A model generated the notes under the pieces. It searched no databases and was not told the origin of the DNA. It worked only from the letters and a program-made list of their open reading frames with translations. From assembly GCA_944331875.1 (NCBI GenBank), contig CALVJA010000012.1, forward strand, positions 638-64,637: a stretch of DNA of 64,000 nucleotides, written 5' to 3'. The position numbers were made by a program, and so were the translations under genes. The DNA comes from an uncultured Clostridia bacterium. Lineage in GTDB: Bacteria; Bacillota; Clostridia; Christensenellales; DTU072. Positions 55,988 through 64,000 of this stretch are shown piece by piece. Numbering within the stretch: the stretch's first letter is position 1; each line of letters begins with the position of its first letter.

Positions 55988-56782
55988 ATGAAAATCATCG
56001 ACGCGCATTGTCACATATATCCTCAAAAAATCGCGGGAAAAGCCGCTCGGAGCATCGCGGACTTTTATTCGATAGATTCCGCGAGGCTCGGCGGCACGGA
56101 TACGGAGCTACTCGAGACAGGCAAAAAAGCGGGCGTAGAGCGTTTCGCGGTGTGTTCCGTCGCAACGAAAGCGGCGCAGGTGAAGTCCATAAACGAGTTT
56201 TTATACCGTGAGACCCGGGCTCATCCCGAATTCGCGCCGCTTATGGCGCTGCACCCCGATATGAGCGAGGAAGATATCGAAAATGAAATAGACTTAAATC
56301 TCGCCCGCGGCTTTTGCGGGATAAAGCTGCACCCCGACTTCCAGCATTTTTACCTGGACGACGAAAAGGCGTTCCCGATATACGAAGCCGCCTCGGGGCG
56401 TCTGCCGATACTGTTCCATACCGGGGACAAACGCTACGAATTCTCGGCGCCGAAACGCATGGCGCGCGTAGCCCGGGAATTCAAACGCCTGACGTGCGTC
56501 GCCGCCCATTTCGGCGGCTGGTCGAGGTGGGAGGAGATATCCTGCTACAAGGGATTGGAGAACGTCTACGTGGACACCTCCTCTACTCTCGAATACATCG
56601 GCGCCGACGAAGCGGAACGCTTCATAAAATTTTTCGGCGCCGAATGGTTCATGTACGGGACCGATTACCCGATGTGGACCGAAGGAAACGAGCTCGAGCG
56701 TTTCATGAGCCTGAAACTCACCGACTCCGAATTTGAAATGATTCTTTCGGGTAACGCTATGCGTGTTTACGGCATCCGATAA
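55988..56782 (+). CDS. Amidohydrolase-2 family metal-dependent hydrolase (TIM barrel)
   Basis: 264 aa from ATG 55988. MKIIDAHCHIYP HxH motif, HPDFQ, FHTGD, GTDYPMW. Confidence 0.8.
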   Translation: MKIIDAHCHIYPQKIAGKAARSIADFYSIDSARLGGTDTELLETGKKAGVERFAVCSVATKAAQVKSINEFLYRETRAHPEFAPLMALHPDMSEEDIENEIDLNLARGFCGIKLHPDFQHFYLDDEKAFPIYEAASGRLPILFHTGDKRYEFSAPKRMARVAREFKRLTCVAAHFGGWSRWEEISCYKGLENVYVDTSSTLEYIGADEAERFIKFFGAEWFMYGTDYPMWTEGNELERFMSLKLTDSEFEMILSGNAMRVYGIR

Positions 56783-56789
56783 TAGCGTT

Positions 56790-57491
56790 TTATAGCGAAT
56801 ATTCGATTATCAGTTTATCCGCCACGAGCGCAATGAGTTCGCCGTTGGTGGGCTTTTCCCCGCGGCCGAAGATCTTTATGCCGTATATATTGTTTATGTT
56901 TTCTATCTTGCCCCTGGACCATGCCACTTCTATGGCGTGGCGTATGGCGCGTTCCACTTTCGACGGCGAGGTCATGAACCTTTTAGCGACCGCGGGATAG
57001 AGTTGCTTTGTGATATTGTTTATCATTTCCGGAACGTCCACGGTCTGCTTTACCGCCTCGCGCAGAAACTGGTATCCTTTGATGTGCGGCGGTATGCCGG
57101 CGGTGATGAATATGTTGGCTATCCTTTCGTCGAGCGCTTTTTCGCGGCTTAAACGGATCTCCTTTTTCCCGTCCGAGTCGAGAACCGTTTTCAGCGCCCG
57201 ATAGCCGTCCGAACAATCTGCGTATTTTACTCCGTCCGCCTTTTTCGTACCGGCACGGGCGACGAATACCACTTCCGTTTTACCCGAGCCGAGTTTCAGG
57301 TAGTCTTCTTCCGTTTCGCCCTCCTTTACGGCATAGACAATGACCGCGTCGGGTACCCTCTCGGTCATAAGCGCCGCCGCCTCATTCAGGTCGTCGGCAA
57401 ACCCGACAACGTTCAGCCGGTCCGACACTCCGGGCAGCAAAGCGTTCAGTTCCGCCGTCGGGAATCCGATGGCAATGCAAGTTTTCAACAT
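56790..57491 (-). CDS. Spo0A-type DNA-binding protein with degenerate (pseudo-)receiver domain
   Basis: 233 aa. The C-terminal half matches the Spo0A effector domain (GIPPHIKGYQFLREAV, SKVERAIRHAIEVAWSRG, KPTNGELIALVADKL). The N-terminal half lacks the DD, phospho-Asp and Thr positions. Confidence 0.8.
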   Translation of the reverse strand: MLKTCIAIGFPTAELNALLPGVSDRLNVVGFADDLNEAAALMTERVPDAVIVYAVKEGETEEDYLKLGSGKTEVVFVARAGTKKADGVKYADCSDGYRALKTVLDSDGKKEIRLSREKALDERIANIFITAGIPPHIKGYQFLREAVKQTVDVPEMINNITKQLYPAVAKRFMTSPSKVERAIRHAIEVAWSRGKIENINNIYGIKIFGRGEKPTNGELIALVADKLIIEYSL

Positions 57492-57656
57492 ATCGTCCCT
57501 CCGTGTTTCAGGCTCCGCGTTTTACTCCTTGCGAAGCCGTTGATTTTCGATATTTTCCGCACTCGTGCGTTCATCCCGGGTAATTTGGCGCTTACGGGGA
57601 AAAGTTCCCGTTTCGGCGTAATAAAATCGTGTATTTTGCCTAATCTTGTTGCTACG

Positions 57657-57686
57657 ATTATAGCATCGCGAAACGATCGCGTTCAA
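57657..57686 (-). promoter_or_regulatory. Sigma-A-type (extended -10) promoter of the Spo0A-like gene
   Basis: Minus strand TTGAAC-18 nt-(TGc)TATAAT. Confidence 0.5.
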
Positions 57687-57733
57687 CGCGATTTCAGGTG
57701 TAATTTATCGTAATTTTGTCGAATATGGGCTTA

Positions 57734-58621
57734 TTAAGTAGATAGTTTTTCGCGCTCCAGGCAGAGTATCGTTTCCGCTATTTCACGCGCCGCGTTTATG
57801 CCCGTCGCGCGCTCGAATCCGCCGAAAAAGGGATTGGAATTTACTTCCGTAAGATAAAATTTTTCTCCCGAGACCAAAAAGTCGACGCCGCAGTAGTCAA
57901 GCCCCAATACTCTCGCCGCTTTGAGTGCCGCCGCGGAAAGTTCCTCGCCCGCCTCTATCGCGCGCGCCGTGCCGCCGAGAGATACGTTCGCCCTGAAATC
58001 CCCCTCGGAGCGCCGCTCTATTGCGCCTAACACCCTCTCGCCCGCGACCATCACCCTCACGTCGCGCCCGGCGCTTTCCCCGATAAATTCCTGGAAAAGA
58101 TGGGGGCGCGTTTTTACATTTTCGGCGATAACGGAGAGTTCTTCGGCGTTGCGGGCAAGATACACGCCTCTTCCGCGCGAGCCGTAGCACTCCTTTACGA
58201 CGACCGGTGAGCCGAGAGCGCCGAGCACCTCGTCCTCGAGCCCCTCTTTCAACGCTGCCTCGGGGCGGTAACACATCAGTCCCGGCATCGTTTTCGGCAT
58301 GGGTATCCCCTCTCCGGCAAGGCGTATCGCACACTCCGCCTTGTCGTCCGCAAGGCGTATCGCCTCGGCGCCGTTATACAGAGGTATCCCCGCGCGCTCG
58401 GCAGCCGCCGCGACATATTTGTCCTTGTCGTAATAAACAATGAAATCGATATCCGGTATGGCGGAAACTATATCGCCGCCCTCTATCGAAAAAGGGAAAA
58501 AATCGTTTGCCCTTATCTTTGCCTCCACGCCGAGCGCATTGAGCTCCTCCGCTATCCTTCGCGGAGCGTACATGTATTCCTCCGCACGGTAATAGGCGTT
58601 GGTCAGAACAAGCGCTCTCAT
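57734..58621 (-). CDS. RimK-like ATP-grasp ligase
   Basis: 295 aa. VVVKECYGSRGRGVYL, QEFIGESAGRDVRVMV, GDFRANVSLGG, GVDFLVSGEKFYLTEVNSNP. The ATG overlaps the upstream stop. Confidence 0.85.
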   Translation of the reverse strand: MRALVLTNAYYRAEEYMYAPRRIAEELNALGVEAKIRANDFFPFSIEGGDIVSAIPDIDFIVYYDKDKYVAAAAERAGIPLYNGAEAIRLADDKAECAIRLAGEGIPMPKTMPGLMCYRPEAALKEGLEDEVLGALGSPVVVKECYGSRGRGVYLARNAEELSVIAENVKTRPHLFQEFIGESAGRDVRVMVAGERVLGAIERRSEGDFRANVSLGGTARAIEAGEELSAAALKAARVLGLDYCGVDFLVSGEKFYLTEVNSNPFFGGFERATGINAAREIAETILCLEREKLST

Positions 58622-59940
58622 CTTGCGCCCCGCGTGCCCGTCTCGCGCAGATTGGAGCTTATCTCCACCTCGAGCCCCAGCTCCGTAAGTATCCCGAAAA
58701 AGTGTTTTTCAAGTTCCGTACTCACCAGCATTCTGGTAAACGATATCGCGGTTATGCCGTTATAGGTAACTATACCCATATTTACGGGACACTTTCTGCT
58801 GATATTTATGTTGAACGTGAATCTGGATACGAATTCGGACATCGCGGGCGGCATCTTTACCACTCCGAGGTTGGAGATTATGATCGTCTGCTTCGTCTGC
58901 ACCGATACCGCCTTTCCGAACTTGGTGAAAAAGGTCTTCAGCCCCACGGGCAGTATCTTCATGAAAGGGTTGGTCGAATAAAATGCGGAAAGCGACAGTT
59001 TTTCCTTCAGCTCGCGCTTATCGGAAAGCCCTTCCCGAAGCATCCTTTTCGAGATATCGACATATGTTTTCAGATCGTCCGGCGTGACCGCGGGACACAC
59101 CGAGCACTTTGTGAGCGTCGTAAAATTCCTGAGCGTTTCCGAGGGGAATATCTTCCTCAGGTTTATCGGGATCATCGCCACGATGTCGCGCCCCGATTCG
59201 TTGTCCTTGTAAAACGCTTTTTTTATCGCCAGCATCGCCGCGCCCGCGATGAGCGCGGTCACCGTGCAATCCATTTCCTTTGCCGCGGCGTGCAGTTTCT
59301 CCGCGGATACATAGCCGTGGATGAGCCCGTATCCCAGCGTTTTGAAACGCTTGGCGCGTATGCCGAAAGCGCTTTTTCCCGCCATCTTTCCGACTACGCC
59401 GCCGGTAAGTTTGTATTGGGTGTAATACTTCGAGATACTGTCCTCCGTTTCGGAGTCCCTGATGGGCTCGCCGACCACCTTTATATCGCCGTGCGGCGGA
59501 AGCTCCTTGCCGCATTCGTCCAGGTACCTGTAGACCAACGATCTTAAAAACTCCATCGCCCCGGAGCCGTCGCACAGCCCGTGAAAAAAATCGACCGATA
59601 TTCGTTTTTTGTAGTACAGCACCCGGAACAGATAGCGGTTGTTCGCAAGCATATCTATCTTCTGAAAAAGCACTCCGTTGTCCGGGAACACCCTGGGTTC
59701 CAGATCGTTTGCGTCGAAATAGTAGCGGAAAAAGCCCTTCCTAAGTTGAACGGCGAAAGTGGGAAAACGCGTGATGACGTCTTTCAGGGCGGTCAGAAGG
59801 TTATCGCCGTCGACGAATTCCTCCATCTCGGCGGAAAGTCTGAATATCGACATCGTAGTCATGGTCGAACTCATCGGATATATATCCGCCGAGTTGTCCA
59901 TCCTGTACCATTTGCCGAGCGATTCGTTCCCTTTTCTCAT
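58618..59940 (-). CDS. HxxxD-motif acyltransferase (condensation / alcohol-acetyltransferase-like superfamily)
   Basis: 440 aa. FFHGLCDGSG matches the HxxxDG catalytic motif of condensation-type acyltransferases. No other domain recognised. Confidence 0.65.
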   Translation of the reverse strand: MRKGNESLGKWYRMDNSADIYPMSSTMTTMSIFRLSAEMEEFVDGDNLLTALKDVITRFPTFAVQLRKGFFRYYFDANDLEPRVFPDNGVLFQKIDMLANNRYLFRVLYYKKRISVDFFHGLCDGSGAMEFLRSLVYRYLDECGKELPPHGDIKVVGEPIRDSETEDSISKYYTQYKLTGGVVGKMAGKSAFGIRAKRFKTLGYGLIHGYVSAEKLHAAAKEMDCTVTALIAGAAMLAIKKAFYKDNESGRDIVAMIPINLRKIFPSETLRNFTTLTKCSVCPAVTPDDLKTYVDISKRMLREGLSDKRELKEKLSLSAFYSTNPFMKILPVGLKTFFTKFGKAVSVQTKQTIIISNLGVVKMPPAMSEFVSRFTFNINISRKCPVNMGIVTYNGITAISFTRMLVSTELEKHFFGILTELGLEVEISSNLRETGTRGAR

Positions 59941-60027
59941 ACACTAATTATATTATCGCAAAGGCGTTTAGTCAATCTCTCCCACATAATCGGGATGCCT
60001 CCGGCGTAAAATAGTGCGTGAGGTAAT

Positions 60028-60276
60028 ATGGCGCATTCTTTTTCCTATGCAAACGACGAGATATCCGTCACGGGCATCACCGACGTCAAAGAGTTCGGCG
60101 ATACGGAGATAGTCGCCGCCCTAGAAAACGAGAGCATCACCGTGCAGGGCAGCGGTCTGAAAATAGTTTCGATGGACCTTGCCGAAGGAAAACTGAGGGC
60201 TACGGGGAAACTCGCGCTTCTGAAGTACGGCTCCGCACCCGCCGCCAAAGGTTTTCTGAACCGCATTTTCAAATGA
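60028..60276 (+). CDS. yabP: Sporulation protein YabP
   Basis: 82 aa. ISVTGITDVKEFGDTEIV...LKIVSMDLAEGKLRATGKL matches the YabP/YqfC pattern. Confidence 0.75.
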   Translation: MAHSFSYANDEISVTGITDVKEFGDTEIVAALENESITVQGSGLKIVSMDLAEGKLRATGKLALLKYGSAPAAKGFLNRIFK

Positions 60277-60602
60277 CCGCTCCCGTATGGGCGGAAGCGC
60301 TGAGCGCGGGAGCGTATCTTGCCGCGGGGGTGCTGACGTGTATCGCCGCAGGGGTAAGACCGCCGCTTAGATCGAAAGCGCTCGCGGCGCTTTTCGATCT
60401 CGCCCTCGGCGTTTCGGCGGGGGTATTGTTCATAGGAGTGACGGAGCTTTTTTTCGACGGCACCGTCACCGTTTCCGCCTGCTCCGCGTTTGCCGCGGGA
60501 GTCGTGATATCCGCCGCTTTTGCCGTGAGATCCCCGCCGAAACCGGTCGCGGCGCGAGAACGCCGCAAAGAGAAAAAGGCGGACGCGCGCGAAGAAGATT
60601 GA
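60273..60602 (+). CDS. yabQ: Probable spore cortex protein YabQ (small membrane protein)
   Basis: 109 aa, 3-4 hydrophobic helices. ATGA overlap with yabP. Called mainly on position. Confidence 0.5.
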   Translation: MTAPVWAEALSAGAYLAAGVLTCIAAGVRPPLRSKALAALFDLALGVSAGVLFIGVTELFFDGTVTVSACSAFAAGVVISAAFAVRSPPKPVAARERRKEKKADAREED

Positions 60603-60633
60603 CATTATCTTTTAAGTCCCATATAATAAGCGC

Positions 60634-61569
60634 ATGGAAATGAGAAAAGCATACGCCGCGGCGCTTGAAAAAATAATGAGGGAAGACCCCCGCGTCGTCA
60701 CCGTCGACGCCGACGTCGGAAAGGCTTTGGGGACCGAAAAATTCCGGGATATTTTCGGCGCGCGCGCAACGGACGTCGGTATTGCGGAACAGAACATGGT
60801 CGGTGTCGCCGCAGGGCTAGCGTCCTACGGGTTCAAGCCCGTGTGTCAGAGTTTCGCGCCCTTCGTCACTAGGAACGTATGCGATCAGATATGTATGAAT
60901 CTTCGATTTACGGGTCTCAAAGCGCTCATTGTGGGAGCCGATCCGGGGATCTCGGCGGAACTTAACGGCGCCTCGCACATGGCGACGGAGGATATTTCCG
61001 TTATGCGCGCCATACCCGGGATGCAGGTATTCGAACCGGCGGACGACATAGAACTTACCCGGGCGCTTCCCTGTATTATAAACTCCGAGGACACCGTATA
61101 TATGCGGATGTATAGAAAAACGCTTCCGCGCGTACACGGCGAGGATTATAAGTTCCAATTCGGCAGGATAGACGTTTTGGCGGAAGGCGGCGACGTCGCC
61201 TTGTTCACCTCCGGGATATTCGCCGCGGACGCCATGAAAGCGCGCGGGGTACTCGCCGAAAAAGGCATATCCTCAGCGGTCGTCAACATACACACCGTAA
61301 AACCGATAGATACCGAGGGCATCCGGCGCGTGTTGTCACGGGTAAAGCTCGGAGTCGTCTACGAAAACCACAACGAATGCGGGGGATTGTACTCCGCCGT
61401 CGCGGAGGTAAATTCCGCTTCGCCGCGCCCGCGGCCGGTGTACCCGTTCGGCATTCGCGACAGGTTCGGCGTTCGCGGCACTTTGGAGGGGATAAAAGCG
61501 GAGCTCGGACTGACGCCCGCGGATCTCTCCGCGTTTATTTCGGAGCTACTTGACGACCTTGTCGAATAG
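60634..61569 (+). CDS. Transketolase-family protein, C-terminal (Pyr + C domain) subunit only
   Basis: 311 aa. DVGIAEQNMVGVAAGLA block typical of the pyrimidine-binding half of split transketolases/DXS. No N-terminal TPP-binding subunit gene is adjacent. Confidence 0.8.
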   Translation: MEMRKAYAAALEKIMREDPRVVTVDADVGKALGTEKFRDIFGARATDVGIAEQNMVGVAAGLASYGFKPVCQSFAPFVTRNVCDQICMNLRFTGLKALIVGADPGISAELNGASHMATEDISVMRAIPGMQVFEPADDIELTRALPCIINSEDTVYMRMYRKTLPRVHGEDYKFQFGRIDVLAEGGDVALFTSGIFAADAMKARGVLAEKGISSAVVNIHTVKPIDTEGIRRVLSRVKLGVVYENHNECGGLYSAVAEVNSASPRPRPVYPFGIRDRFGVRGTLEGIKAELGLTPADLSAFISELLDDLVE

Positions 61570-61803
61570 CGCCGCGAGCTCGTTCAGCTTCTCCTCTTTC
61601 GCTTCCCCCGCCGCATCGTTCACGCATCCGTACAGATGCGCTTTCAGCACTTCGCGGTTGACTTTTCCGAGTATCGCCTGGCACGCCATTATCTGATTCG
61701 AAATGTCGATGCAGTACTTCTTTTCGACGAGCATTTTTTCGATACCCTCGATCTGTCCTGCCGCCGTTTTCAAAAGGTTTATGAGCTTTTTATCGTCCCT
61801 CAT
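61546..61803 (-). CDS. csoR: CsoR/RcnR-family metal-sensing repressor
   Basis: 85 aa. The YCIDI...H...C pattern gives the Cys-His-Cys Cu(I) site. ATGA overlap with the copA ORF stop. Confidence 0.85.
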   Translation of the reverse strand: MRDDKKLINLLKTAAGQIEGIEKMLVEKKYCIDISNQIMACQAILGKVNREVLKAHLYGCVNDAAGEAKEEKLNELAALFDKVVK

Positions 61804-62006
61804 ACCCGTTTTATCTCCGTCACGGTGTAGCCCGCCTCTTCGACCGCTTTTTTCAGCGCCTCGGGTTCGCCGCCCGATACGACGGCGTTTTTGTTCTCGA
61901 GCGAAACTTCGACTTCGCTTACTCCCGCCGTTTCCTTAAGCGCCTTCTCGACGCGCGAAACGCAGTGCATGCACATCATGCCGTCAATGTTCAATTCCGT
62001 TTTCAT
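61800..62006 (-). other. CopZ-like HMA domain with its own SD and ATG, in frame with copA
   Basis: MKTELNIDGMMCMHCVSRVEKAL... (68 aa). GGGAGG lies 9 nt upstream of ATG 62006. Confidence 0.7.
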
Positions 62007-64000
62007 AGGACTATACCTCCCTGTATCGATTTTATAGTTGTTTGTATCCGCTATGGGACACGCCCCTGCGGCGCACCCGTCCGGGGATTTTTTGTAATGT
62101 TCTTCGTGCGTTCCCTGCGATAAACTCTTTGCAGGGCGCAGCGGTTTGAACAGTTTCAGCCTCAGCGCGTTCCCCACCACGAACAGGCTCGACAGACTCA
62201 TCGCGAGAGCGCCTATCATCGGGTTAAGCCTTATGCCGAACGGAACGTATAACACGCCTGCCGCGAGCGGGATACCCAAAGTGTTGTAAAAGAATGCCCA
62301 AAACAGGTTTTCTTTGATATTCCTCATCGTCCTTGCCGACAGGCGCAAAGCGTTCACGACATCCATCAGATCGTTTTTGACCAAGATGATATCCGCCGAA
62401 TCCACCGCTATGTCGGCGCCGGAGCCTATCGCTATCCCGACGTCCGCGCGAGTCAGGGCGGGCGCGTCGTTTATACCGTCGCCTACCATCGCGACTTTGC
62501 CTTTTTCCATAAGCACTGCGACCGCTTGTTCTTTGTCCTCGGGGAGAACCTCGGCTATCACTTCGTCCACGCCCGCGACCCGCGCTATCGCCTCGGCGGT
62601 GCGCCTGTTGTCGCCGGTGAGCATGACCGTTTTGATGCCCTCTTTTTTGATGAGAGATATCGCCTCCGCGCTCGTTTCCTTTACGGAGTCTATCGCGGCT
62701 ATGAGCCCGAGATACTTCCCCTCCGCCGCGACCATAAGCGGCGTTTTCCCTTCACTCGTTACGCGCTCGAGCTCCTTCGAGTACTCTTTTTCGTCGACGC
62801 CGCTCTCGCGCATGAAAAGAGCGTTTCCGATACAATAGGTCTTTCCCGCGACCTCGCCCTTTATGCCGCGCCCGGGTATCGTTTCGAACGCGCCCGTCTC
62901 GGGTGCGGATATGCCGCGCCCCTCGGCGTATTCGACAACGGCGGAGCCCAGCGGATGCTCGCTTTTTTTCTCGAGAGCGTAGACCGCACGGAGCGTTTCT
63001 TCGTCCGTCGTGACGTCGGTAACGCCGGGTCTTCCCTCCGTTATAGTGCCCGTTTTATCCAAAACGACGTATTTTACGGTATGGAGCGTTTCGAGCGCCT
63101 CGCCCGATTTTATCAATATCCCGTTTTCGGCGCCCTTTCCCGTGCCCACCATGATGGCGACGGGGGTTGCGAGTCCCAGCGCGCACGGACAGCTGATGAC
63201 CAATACGGATACCGAGGTCTGCCACGCGGTCTCGATGTCGCCCGTGCCCCACGCCCAGCCGATGAACGTGGCAAGTGCTATCGCCATCACGACGGGTACG
63301 AAGATACCCGAAACTTTGTCGGCGATCTTCGCTATCGGCGCCTTGTCCGCGCCCGCTTCCTCGACAAGGTTTATTATCCTTTGCAGCACCGACTCGTTCC
63401 CCACGGCGCTGACTCTGGCGCGGACGTAGCCGGAGCGCGAGATAGTGCCGCCGATGAGGCGCGCCCCTTCGCTTTTTTCGACGGGCACCGACTCGCCGCT
63501 TATCGCCGATTCGTCCACGAACGCGTTCCCCTCGGTGACCACGGCGTCCTGCGGCACCGCCATGCCCGATTTTACCGCTATGATATCGCCCACCGCGAGC
63601 GACGAGGACTCCACTTCGATCTCCCTGCCGTCACGCACCAAAAGCGCCGTTTCGGGGGCGAGCTTTTTCAATTTGTCCAACGCGTCGCCCGTCCTGCGCT
63701 TCGAGAGCGTTTCGAGGTATTTCCCCACCGTAACGAGCGCCAATATCATGCCTGCGGATTCGAAATACAGGTCGTGCATATAGCCTTCTACGGTCGCGAT
63801 ATCCCCCGCGCCCAAAGCGTAACTCATCCTGTATATCACGAATATACCGTATATGAGCGAGGCGACCGAGCCCACCGCTACCAGCGTGTCCATATTCGGA
63901 GCGCGCCGAATGAGCCGCTTGAAGCCGTTGATATAATACGCTCTGTTGACGTATATTATCGGCAGCGTCAGCAAAAGCTGTGTGAACGCATACGACACCG
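61800..64000 (-). CDS. copA: Copper-translocating P1B-type ATPase (5' end outside window) with in-frame C-terminal HMA domain
   Basis: CPC motif (SCPCALGLATP), DKTGTIT, GDGINDAPAL. The ORF continues without a stop through a ~45-aa linker into a GMMCMHC HMA domain. The N-terminus lies beyond position 64000. Confidence 0.9.
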   Translation of the reverse strand, partial: VSYAFTQLLLTLPIIYVNRAYYINGFKRLIRRAPNMDTLVAVGSVASLIYGIFVIYRMSYALGAGDIATVEGYMHDLYFESAGMILALVTVGKYLETLSKRRTGDALDKLKKLAPETALLVRDGREIEVESSSLAVGDIIAVKSGMAVPQDAVVTEGNAFVDESAISGESVPVEKSEGARLIGGTISRSGYVRARVSAVGNESVLQRIINLVEEAGADKAPIAKIADKVSGIFVPVVMAIALATFIGWAWGTGDIETAWQTSVSVLVISCPCALGLATPVAIMVGTGKGAENGILIKSGEALETLHTVKYVVLDKTGTITEGRPGVTDVTTDEETLRAVYALEKKSEHPLGSAVVEYAEGRGISAPETGAFETIPGRGIKGEVAGKTYCIGNALFMRESGVDEKEYSKELERVTSEGKTPLMVAAEGKYLGLIAAIDSVKETSAEAISLIKKEGIKTVMLTGDNRRTAEAIARVAGVDEVIAEVLPEDKEQAVAVLMEKGKVAMVGDGINDAPALTRADVGIAIGSGADIAVDSADIILVKNDLMDVVNALRLSARTMRNIKENLFWAFFYNTLGIPLAAGVLYVPFGIRLNPMIGALAMSLSSLFVVGNALRLKLFKPLRPAKSLSQGTHEEHYKKSPDGCAAGACPIADTNNYKIDTGRYSPMKTELNIDGMMCMHCVSRVEKALKETAGVSEVEVSLENKNAVVSGGEPEALKKAVEEAGYTVTEIKRV

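Noticed and set aside
1-64000. Defence systems, prophage, IS elements or an integron
   Set aside because: I looked for nuclease, helicase, methylase, toxin-antitoxin, integrase, transposase, capsid and terminase signatures among all ORFs of at least 60 aa and found none. The repeat elements are non-autonomous.

Overview
A 64-kb chromosomal segment from a moderately GC-rich, Clostridia-like Firmicute. Supporting signs are yabP/yabQ, a Spo0A-type protein, a Bacillus-type L7Ae-rpsL-rpsG-fusA-tuf str operon, and Firmicute-style SD and sigma-A promoters. About 60 genes are present, nearly all on the minus strand, and most are core housekeeping.

Gene content:
- M20 peptidase and deoC.
- A P2-type cation ATPase behind a yybP-ykoY (Mn2+)-like riboswitch.
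- trkH/trkA, a DAG-kinase-family lipid kinase, add/punA, and a GH27 alpha-galactosidase.
- The str operon.
- An 18-gene same-strand block: pyrB-pyrC-carA-carB-pyrK-pyrD-pyrF-pyrE, then cobB, then hisZGDCBHAF-IE.
- nagB, maa and rubrerythrin.
- A sugar-kinase/lipoprotein operon.
- yabPQ.
- A copA-(HMA)-csoR copper module, with copA truncated at the window edge.

I found no CRISPR array, cas genes, transposase, integrase, phage genes or recognisable defence genes.

The less ordinary content falls into two classes.

(1) Long non-coding regions built from short hairpins punctuated by conserved motifs:
- Two colinear ~0.9-1.3 kb mosaic regions (10768-12030 and 20857-21769). Both open with a 143-bp near-identical MITE-like module and close with TTATTTCACAA/hairpin arrays.
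- A ~430-bp hairpin array with 20-bp iteron-like phasing upstream of pyrB (39395-39830).
- A two-copy hairpin family with covarying stems. One copy sits inside the rpsG-fusA spacer.
- A triple foldback element (5808-6360).

(2) Accessory protein sets:
- An ABC-2 exporter followed by two tandem paralogous signal-anchored Big_2/beta-helix-like proteins.
- A transglutaminase-like Big_2 lipoprotein operon.
- A Spo0A paralog or ortholog with a degenerate receiver domain.
- A translationally coupled HxxxD-acyltransferase and RimK-like ATP-grasp pair.

All protein calls rest on motif recognition by eye and on operon context. No database search, HMM or folding program was run.

The high GC content produces many long antisense shadow ORFs in the supplied track, and I discarded them. 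Several track ORFs also carry spurious 5' extensions, which I trimmed to starts supported by an SD.
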